From: a virus
DNA length: 13,638 bases
Strand: one strand, 5' to 3'
IMG/VR virus record: IMGVR_UViG_3300045988_080637
Coordinates: 1 to 13,638 of that record
The translations under genes and the position numbers were made by a program. The notes under the pieces are model-generated. The model did no database searches, was not told the origin of the DNA, and worked only from the letters and a program-made list of their open reading frames with translations. Positions 1 to 5,582 of the stretch are shown piece by piece (the stretch's first letter is position 1; each line of letters starts with the position of its first letter).

Positions 1-59
1 AGCCCCTGAAAGTGCTATTATATACTTGTAGAGAGGAAGGAAAACCTCACAAACCAGAA
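1..59. repeat. Left inverted terminal repeat (59 bp, perfect)
   Basis: nt 1-59 (AGCCCCTGAAAGTGCTATTATATACTTGTAGAGAGGAAGGAAAACCTCACAAACCAGAA) are the exact reverse complement of nt 13580-13638. Identity breaks at nt 60 versus 13579. Verified base by base. Confidence 0.95.
13..21 (+). promoter_or_regulatory. Putative extended -10 promoter inside the left ITR, reading inward
   Basis: TGcTATTAT (TGn plus TATtAT, 5/6). No room for a -35 box because the genome end is 12 nt upstream. It is the only promoter-like element upstream of the first left-arm ORF. Confidence 0.3.
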
Positions 60-107
60 AAGGAATTAGCTGACCTAACGGCTTGACGGGGAGAAGGGTA
101 GTTGCAC

Positions 108-338
108 ATGAATAAATCAATTATCAATCGCGAAGGTTGGCACACCACACACAACGGCTTTCGCTACTACGTTGAGGGCGGCAGAATCATTTACGGAATC
201 GCAAGCCTTTATGATGGTAGGGAGGTAAAGGTTTTTCCGTTCAGGGTTCAGAGCGACCGCGGCATAATTATTGGCTACGAACGAGTTGAACCGCTTGCCC
301 GTTATTACAATTTAACCCGTTACGTTTGGAGACAATAA
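108..338 (+). CDS. Hypothetical early protein (76 aa from ATG 108; TTG 102 is an alternative start)
   Basis: Open frame with purine-rich SD GGGGAGAAGGG (88-98). First gene inside the left ITR. No motif recognised. Confidence 0.6.
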   Translation: MNKSIINREGWHTTHNGFRYYVEGGRIIYGIASLYDGREVKVFPFRVQSDRGIIIGYERVEPLARYYNLTRYVWRQ

Positions 339-354
339 CCGGAGGTGAAATGAA

Positions 355-411
355 ATGTTGCTAACGGCAATCATGCTTGTAATTCTTGTAACATGGGGGT
401 TGCAACAATGA
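355..411 (+). CDS. Candidate 18-aa hydrophobic micro-ORF (MLLTAIMLVILVTWGLQQ), absent from the ORF track
   Basis: GGAGGTG (341-347) lies 7 nt upstream of ATG 355. The TGA stop (409-411) overlaps ATG 408 of the next gene as ATGA. The peptide is almost entirely hydrophobic. Confidence 0.3.
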   Translation: MLLTAIMLVILVTWGLQQ

Positions 412-596
412 ACAAAAGAAAACGCCGATATAAAGTCATATCGTTATCCATGTATCCAGAAGATTTGAAGCGACTAAAAGAAATATGCGACATTAGCAGA
501 ATGGACAATCTTTCAAAGACTGCCCGCCTCTGCATTAAAACCGTTTACAACGAATTGCTGAGAAGGGGGCTAATAAAGAATGGCACGATGGAATAA
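408..596 (+). CDS. Ribbon-helix-helix (CopG/Arc/MetJ-like) DNA-binding regulator, 62 aa (ATG 393 is an alternative start)
   Basis: Basic N-terminus KRKRR, a beta-strand-like YKVISLSM, then two helices (PEDLKRLKEICD; LSKTARLCIKTVYNELL), which is the RHH pattern. GGGGG (396-400) sits 7 nt before ATG 408. It occupies the position immediately upstream of the terminal-protein gene that p4 holds in phi29. Confidence 0.6.
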   Translation: MNKRKRRYKVISLSMYPEDLKRLKEICDISRMDNLSKTARLCIKTVYNELLRRGLIKNGTME

Positions 597-1281
597 ACGA
601 TTCGCACAAAGTACGGCGCTTGAAAATCGTCCTCTTCAAGCATCCGTCTATGTCGGCACAAAAATTCCGAAGGAAGGGCTTACACTCAAGGACGTCAGGA
701 AGGAAATGAAAGCGTTAATTGACCTAATGGATAAGCGCTTCAAGGCGGCAAAGAAGAAGGGCATTGAGTACGAAAGCATTAAACAGTATGAGCGCCATTA
801 TTGGGATAAGCCCTCCACCGTGCGGACGGTGGAGGAAGGCGTTCGGCAGATTCGCGCAATGTGGAAAGTTGTTAGCGGGACAAAAACACCAAAACAGTTA
901 TTTGTTACACAACAAAACCAGTGGAAACGCGAATATGAAACACTGTTACAACGTGGTTGGTTCACGGAAGATACCTTCACCTATGAAGATTTTTTGCAAT
1001 TCCGAAAATTTTTCGCGGTTTACGCTGACGCGAATAAAGAAGCACAATACTATTATATACTGCAAGATATTGTCGATGTGTCGCAGGAAGGCACGACCCG
1101 TGTTAAGCGGAAATTCGCCAAATCGGACTGGGAAGACTTGCTAAAGCGGTGGGATTACTGGGAGCGTCAAGCGGACAAAGCACGGGCGCGATATAAAGAA
1201 CGTCTTAAAGCCGGGGAATTTGTGAGCGGTTCGACCGTTCGGGCAATGCTTGAAAAAGCAAAAAGAGAAGGGAATATTTAG
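580..1281 (+). CDS. Candidate terminal (priming) protein, 233 aa
   Basis: Sits immediately upstream of the protein-primed PolB (stop 1281, pol ATG 1284), the same TP-then-pol order as phi29 genes 3 and 2. Size is close to phi29 TP (266 aa). Very K/R/E/W/Y-rich. No diagnostic motif exists, so the call rests on synteny. Confidence 0.5.
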   Translation: MARWNKRFAQSTALENRPLQASVYVGTKIPKEGLTLKDVRKEMKALIDLMDKRFKAAKKKGIEYESIKQYERHYWDKPSTVRTVEEGVRQIRAMWKVVSGTKTPKQLFVTQQNQWKREYETLLQRGWFTEDTFTYEDFLQFRKFFAVYADANKEAQYYYILQDIVDVSQEGTTRVKRKFAKSDWEDLLKRWDYWERQADKARARYKERLKAGEFVSGSTVRAMLEKAKREGNI

Positions 1282-1283
1282 GA

Positions 1284-3302
1284 ATGTTAAGCGTATATGA
1301 TGGAATCCAAAAAGTAACGGCGTTAGCGCCTGATAATCCACGGGCTAAAATCGTATACGCTAATGCGCTGATGGCATTTGACATTGAAACAACTCGGCTT
1401 GAAGATGATAATGCTGTAATGTACATTTGGCAATGCGGGCTATGTGTGGATGGAGAATACTATATCACATATGGTAGAACGTGGGAAGAATGGACTGCAT
1501 TACAGGAAGCAATAAATGCGCGACTTGGCGGAATTACAATAATTTGTCTTGTTCACAATCTTTCCTATGAGTTCCAATTTCTTGCCGGGCTTTACGAATT
1601 TTCCGATGTGAAATGCCTTAAAGCCCGGAAAATACTAGCCGCTACATGCGGGTGCATTGAGTATCGCTGTTCCTATATTTGGACAAATAAAACGCTTTCA
1701 AAATTTCTGAAGGAAATGAATGTCCAGCACGTGAAGAAATCGGGAGCGGAATTTGACTATTCTAAATCCCGTTATCCGTGGACAAAACTTTCAGAAGCGG
1801 AGATTGAATATTGCCAAAATGACGTTATCGGTTTACTTGAAGCTGCCGAAAAGAAGATTTCGCAAGATGGCGACACTCTCTATACAGTTCCGCGCACGTC
1901 TACGGGATACGTGCGCCGTGATGCAAAACAAGCGTTAAGCCAAACACCACTTGGAGCGCTTAAACCCACAGAAGAGATTTACAGAAAACTTCGCAAGGCG
2001 TTCAGAGGTGGAAACACGCACGCGAACCGGTATTTCGTCGGCAAGGTTTTGACGGGCGTGCAATCGGTCGACCGTTCATCAAGCTATTCTGACGTTATGC
2101 TGAATAATAAGTTTCCAATGAAACCATTCAAGAAATGCCCAGATGGAATAGCAACTATTAGGAGGGCTTTTTCATCCGGGCTTGCAATTCTTTGTACGAT
2201 GAGCATAACAGGCGCCACCTTGCGCAATCCGTTGTGGGGGTGTCCTTATATACCTGTTAGCAAATGCCAAATGCTTATAAATCCTATGGAAGATAACGGA
2301 CGAGTTCTTGAAGCGGATGCGCTGACGATTGAAGTAACAGAAGTAGATATACAGATAATTCTTGAAGAATATGATGGCGAATTTGATTTTACAGATATAT
2401 ATACGGCGGAGAAGGACTATTTGCCAAAACCATTTACGGATTGTATAAAACGATACTACACAAACAAAACTTCGCTTAAAGGAATCGCCGGAGGTGAATA
2501 TGAATACATGAAAAGTAAGAATTTGTTAAATAGCTTATACGGCATGACAGCCACTGACCCGGGGAAAGATGATGTTATTTTTGACGGTGTAGAATACATT
2601 CAGCAGGAAACGGACGTAATTAAAAATATCAAAAAATCATTCATGCCATATCAATGGGGCGTATGGGTTACAGCGTACGCAAGGCTTGAGTTGGAAGGAA
2701 TGATAAAGATTGCGGGGAATAATTTCGTTTATGCCGATACGGATAGCTGTAAATATATAAATTCAGAATCAATTAGTTATGAAGACTATAATAATAAACG
2801 CAAATCAGCATCCCTTGCGCATGGGGCATGTGCCGTAGACCCAAACGGAATAATGCATTATATGGGTGTTGCAGAAACAGAGGGGGAATATTACCAGTTT
2901 TTAACATGGGGGGCGAAAAAATATGCATCACAGGATGAAAAGGGACATATAGACATAACTATTGCGGGTGTGCGCAAAAATTCCAGCAAAAACGCTGCTG
3001 GTGATATAGTGGAATGGGGAGGTGGTGACGAACTGGAAGAAGCAGGTGGACTCGTAAAATTCGCGCCCGGGTTTGTTTTCCGAAAGGCAGGCGGGCTTGA
3101 AAGCGTTTACAATGACCATGTATGCAAGACAATTAGCGTTGATGGACACGAGTTACCAATAACCCGAAATGTATGCTTGCGTCCTTCAACATATGCGGTG
3201 GGAATTAGTTACAAATACGCGGGCTTACTCGAAGCGTTGCAGAACACTTATATAAGTGTTGACGCCGACCGTAATTTATGCTATAATCTTATTAGGCGAT
3301 AA
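1284..3302 (+). CDS. Protein-primed family-B DNA polymerase (phi29 gp2-like), 672 aa
   Basis: Motifs seen: Exo I AFDIETT; Exo II VHNLSYEFQF; Exo III YCQNDV; motif A VDRSSSYSDVM; motif B KSKNLLNSLYGMTA; motif C YADTDS; KxY GAKKYA. Confidence 0.97.
   Translation: MLSVYDGIQKVTALAPDNPRAKIVYANALMAFDIETTRLEDDNAVMYIWQCGLCVDGEYYITYGRTWEEWTALQEAINARLGGITIICLVHNLSYEFQFLAGLYEFSDVKCLKARKILAATCGCIEYRCSYIWTNKTLSKFLKEMNVQHVKKSGAEFDYSKSRYPWTKLSEAEIEYCQNDVIGLLEAAEKKISQDGDTLYTVPRTSTGYVRRDAKQALSQTPLGALKPTEEIYRKLRKAFRGGNTHANRYFVGKVLTGVQSVDRSSSYSDVMLNNKFPMKPFKKCPDGIATIRRAFSSGLAILCTMSITGATLRNPLWGCPYIPVSKCQMLINPMEDNGRVLEADALTIEVTEVDIQIILEEYDGEFDFTDIYTAEKDYLPKPFTDCIKRYYTNKTSLKGIAGGEYEYMKSKNLLNSLYGMTATDPGKDDVIFDGVEYIQQETDVIKNIKKSFMPYQWGVWVTAYARLELEGMIKIAGNNFVYADTDSCKYINSESISYEDYNNKRKSASLAHGACAVDPNGIMHYMGVAETEGEYYQFLTWGAKKYASQDEKGHIDITIAGVRKNSSKNAAGDIVEWGGGDELEEAGGLVKFAPGFVFRKAGGLESVYNDHVCKTISVDGHELPITRNVCLRPSTYAVGISYKYAGLLEALQNTYISVDADRNLCYNLIRR
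3245..3258. promoter_or_regulatory. 14-bp perfect palindrome CACTTATATAAGTG abutting the -35 box of P3259 (possible operator or activator site)
   Basis: CACTTAT/ATAAGTG is self-complementary and ends 1 nt before TTGACG (3259). About one such palindrome is expected by chance in 13.6 kb, so only the position is suggestive. Confidence 0.25.
3259..3287 (+). promoter_or_regulatory. Near-consensus sigma-A/sigma-70 type promoter inside the 3' end of polB
   Basis: TTGACG (3259-3264), 17-nt spacer ending TGc (3279-3281), then TATAAT (3282-3287): a -35, extended -10 and perfect -10. Confidence 0.7.
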
Positions 3303-3333
3303 CCGCCGAACAAATATTTAGGAGGGCATAATC

Positions 3334-3684
3334 ATGAGTAACACGAAGACTAATCAGAGCATTTCCCCGGCGGAACTGTACAAGCTGACGCTTTCCCGCG
3401 AAGGGCATACGATGTCAGAGTTGATGACGAAAACCGTACGTGTCGATGCATGGGCGGTGTCTGAAACAGTTGATAGTAACGGTGAGTTTAAGCCGCGTTG
3501 CGGGATTATCGTAGACGGCGTGCCATATATCACGAATGGTAGAGCGTTCAGCGAAAGGCTTCTTGCCATTGTTGATTATCTGGGCACGGCGGGTATGGAC
3601 GATGTGGGGTTCAAGATGCAAATTACACAGATTCGGAGCAAAAATAACCGCAACTACACGTCTTGCGAATTGATTTTCGATTGA
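3334..3684 (+). CDS. Hypothetical 116-aa protein; candidate abundant DNA-binding/SSB-like replication accessory protein
   Basis: AGGAGGG lies 7 nt before ATG 3334. Own strong promoter (3259) and own terminator (3695) imply high expression. It sits next to the replication genes. Function is inferred from context only. Confidence 0.7.
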   Translation: MSNTKTNQSISPAELYKLTLSREGHTMSELMTKTVRVDAWAVSETVDSNGEFKPRCGIIVDGVPYITNGRAFSERLLAIVDYLGTAGMDDVGFKMQITQIRSKNNRNYTSCELIFD

Positions 3685-3694
3685 CGCTGTCAGA

Positions 3695-3725
3695 GGCAGG
3701 GCGAATAACCCTGCCTTTTATTTTT
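3695..3725 (+). terminator. Rho-independent terminator
   Basis: GGCAGGG (3695-3701), loop CGAATAA, CCCTGCC (3709-3715), followed by TTTTATTTTT (3716-3725). Confidence 0.85.
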
Positions 3726-3735
3726 AGGAGGGCGT

Positions 3736-4755
3736 ATGAATAACCTATTTTTGGTAAATGGCTATGTTGACATGGCACGAATCATAGAGCAAAAATATCC
3801 ATTTATACTGATGACGGGTGCACGCGGAACGGGCAAGACGTACGGCGCACTTAAATATGTGATTGAGCACAAAATGAAATTTATCTATATGAGGCGGACA
3901 AAACTGCAAGCGGATGTTATCAGTGCACCGGAAATGTCACCGTTTGCACCAGTGTGTGATGACATCAACGTCCCATTTGAAATGGATAAAGTTTCTAAAG
4001 AAGCAACCGCAGTATATATCAATGAGGAAAGCATCCCTGCCGGGTATATCATGGCACTGTCTGGCGTGTCAAACATTCGTGGCTTTTCAGCGCATGATAT
4101 AGAAATTATTATATTTGATGAATTTATACCAGAATCACATGAGCGCAGAATAAAAAATGAGGGTGATGCATTTTTTAACGCCTACGAAACAATAAACCGC
4201 AATCGTGAACTTGATGGTAAACCTCCTGTGAAATGCCTTTGCCTTGCGAATAGCAATAGCATTGTAAACCCGATTTTCCAAAGTTTAGGGCTTATCACGA
4301 TTGCTTATAAGATGGCAGAGAATGACACGCAGGAATATAAAGACGGTGAACGCGGATTGTATCTGATAAACTTGCGCAATAGCCCGATCAGCAAGAAGAA
4401 GGGAGAAACCGCGCTTTATCGGCTTCTAAGGGATAATAAAATAAAAGATATGTCGTTGGAAAACCGGTTTTTGGATAAGCCTGTATTGCAGACCATGAGC
4501 GCGAACCTAAAAGAGTACACACCGGTTGTAACTTGCGGTGAAATTACCGTTTACAGGCACAAGAGCAACCACACATATTATATCAGCCCACACGGGCAAG
4601 GAACACGCCCGATATACAGTACAACGGAAAATGATTGTTTACGTTTTCGCACGCTTTATCGGTATCTGATGCTGGCATATATTGACAGGAAAATATTTTG
4701 CGAATCCCCTGCTTGCGAAATTGTTTTTTGTCAATATTTTGGAATAGTTAAATAA
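3736..4755 (+). CDS. DNA encapsidation (packaging) ATPase, phi29 gp16-like, 339 aa
   Basis: Walker A MTGARGTGKTYG and Walker B IIIFDEFIPE. Collinear matches to remembered phi29 gp16 blocks: GARGxGKxY, FIYxRR, FDEFI(R/P)E, C(I/L)CL(S/A)N..S(V/I)VNP, MSL(D/E)N(Q/R)F. Confidence 0.93.
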   Translation: MNNLFLVNGYVDMARIIEQKYPFILMTGARGTGKTYGALKYVIEHKMKFIYMRRTKLQADVISAPEMSPFAPVCDDINVPFEMDKVSKEATAVYINEESIPAGYIMALSGVSNIRGFSAHDIEIIIFDEFIPESHERRIKNEGDAFFNAYETINRNRELDGKPPVKCLCLANSNSIVNPIFQSLGLITIAYKMAENDTQEYKDGERGLYLINLRNSPISKKKGETALYRLLRDNKIKDMSLENRFLDKPVLQTMSANLKEYTPVVTCGEITVYRHKSNHTYYISPHGQGTRPIYSTTENDCLRFRTLYRYLMLAYIDRKIFCESPACEIVFCQYFGIVK

Positions 4756-4758
4756 GTC

Positions 4759-4787
4759 TTGACAAATTGTAAAAATTATGATACATT
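4759..4787 (+). promoter_or_regulatory. Near-consensus sigma-A/sigma-70 type promoter directly after the ATPase stop
   Basis: TTGACA (4759-4764), 17-nt spacer ending TGa (4779-4781), then TACATT (4782-4787). Its upstream flank TTAAATAAGTC is nearly identical to that of P3259. Confidence 0.65.
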
Positions 4788-4793
4788 AGTTGT

Positions 4794-4876
4794 GGCAATA
4801 GGGAGGCTCGAACGACAACCCCGGAAGGGTGAGCATGGCATAGTCGTATGCCGCGAACCCTATTGCTATTTTATTT
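4794..4876 (+). ncRNA. Candidate ~80-nt structured RNA (three-way junction) ending in a U-tract; function unknown (pRNA-like RNA or terminated late-operon leader)
   Basis: The predicted TSS of P4759 falls at the foot of helix P1, 4795-4803 GCAATAGGG : 4858-4866 CCCTATTGC (9 WC bp, extendable by G.U and A-U pairs). P2 is 4807-4810:4830-4833 with bulge AACGACAAC and a CCC/GGG stem capped by GGAA (GNRA). P3 is 4837-4842:4847-4852 capped by GUCG. U-tract TTTTATTT lies at 4869-4876. There is no SD or credible start codon before 4887. Confidence 0.5.
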
Positions 4877-4902
4877 CCGGGAATACGGGAGGTGCTGATA
4901 TT

Positions 4903-5097
4903 GTGGATGTTACTGCAATCACGCAACTTGTAACTACGGTTGGATTTCCCATTGCTTGTACATTTGTCTTGTTTTCCTATCTTAACAAGGAGCGGGAACA
5001 GCACGCGGCTGAAACAAAAGAACTAAAAGATGCGCTGAACAATAACACGTTGGTTATCCAAAAATTGATTGATAAAATGGATGGTGATGCAAATTGA
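4903..5097 (+). CDS. Putative holin: small single-TM membrane protein (YvrJ-like GFPI motif), 64 aa, GTG start
   Basis: GGGAGGTG (4887-4894) lies 8 nt before GTG 4903. It has one hydrophobic helix (AITQLVTTVGFPIACTFVLFSYL) and a charged coiled C-terminus. Its stop overlaps the endolysin start (TTGA). Confidence 0.55.
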   Translation: MDVTAITQLVTTVGFPIACTFVLFSYLNKEREQHAAETKELKDALNNNTLVIQKLIDKMDGDAN

Positions 5098-5582
5098 CTG
5101 CGGCAGAATGGGCGGAAAAAATCAGCGCAGACCGTAATACTCTAATCGGCATCCCATATGCAACACTCGATTGTCAAGCATTTGTCGAATTTTGCCTAAA
5201 AAAATACGCAGGAATTTCCAGAAACTGGCGCGGCTCAAATGACATGTGGCGCAACGCTGTGCATGATAAGTTGGCAGATTTTGGAAACATCGAAGATGGC
5301 GAATGGGTATTTACCATCAAAAATGATGGCAAAGAACCTAAGCGTTACACCGATGGTGTAAACGCTGCACACGTCGGCATCTACATCGGCAATGGGGAGG
5401 TTATGCATTCTACCACAGGGGGAGTACAAATGGATAAAATTACTAATACACGCTGGACACATCGCGCGAAAGCAAATTGCCTTGATTATGCTAAGGATGT
5501 AACGACAACTGAAAATAGTTTCAATGCCCTATATAACGACCTTGTAGCACTTGTAAATAAATATGGAGGTAACAAACAATGA
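5094..5582 (+). CDS. NlpC/P60 (C40) family cell-wall peptidase, endolysin, 162 aa, TTG start
   Basis: Catalytic-Cys context IPYATLDCQAFVEF and His context AAHVGIYIGNGEVMHS are typical of NlpC/P60. Follows the holin candidate with a 4-nt overlap. Confidence 0.85.
   Translation: MTAAEWAEKISADRNTLIGIPYATLDCQAFVEFCLKKYAGISRNWRGSNDMWRNAVHDKLADFGNIEDGEWVFTIKNDGKEPKRYTDGVNAAHVGIYIGNGEVMHSTTGGVQMDKITNTRWTHRAKANCLDYAKDVTTTENSFNALYNDLVALVNKYGGNKQ

Noticed and set aside
83-117. TTGACG (83-88) as the -35 of a left early promoter
   Set aside because: No -10-like hexamer lies at 16-18 nt. The nearest TGnATAAAT would need a 23-nt spacer and would lie inside the ORF.
764-1144. Alternative-frame ORFs inside supported genes (764..1144, 1753..1938, 7386..7649, 8102..8365, 11927..12382 and small antisense ORFs)
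   Set aside because: They are fully nested in genes with motif or homology support. They have no SDs, no coupling signals, and skewed shadow-frame composition.
3681-3709. TTGACG-17-AATAAC promoter for the ATPase gene
   Set aside because: The -10 is weak and lacks the terminal T. The element is buried in the terminator hairpin 3695-3715.
4794-4867. tRNA interpretation of the structured RNA (either strand)
   Set aside because: The closing helix has 9-12 bp rather than 7. No D-arm, anticodon arm or T-arm with correct spacing can be drawn. The TTCGA-like string (GCTCGAAC) is at the wrong position, and its flanks do not pair as a T-stem on the reverse strand.
4794-4876. Known riboswitch or ribozyme classes (hammerhead, c-di-GMP, preQ1, fluoride, guanidine, ZTP)
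   Set aside because: None of the conserved cores I can recall is present, for example CUGAUGA/GAAA or ACGR-loop pairs. This needs cmscan to be definitive.
4759-4902. N-terminal 48 codons of the track ORF 4759..5097 (MTNCKNYDTLVVAIGRLERQPRKGEHG...)
   Set aside because: Its TTG start is the TTG of a consensus -35 hexamer and no SD precedes it. The stretch forms extensive RNA secondary structure ending in a U-tract. A strong SD (GGGAGGTG) sits in front of the in-frame GTG at 4903, where the membrane-protein part begins.
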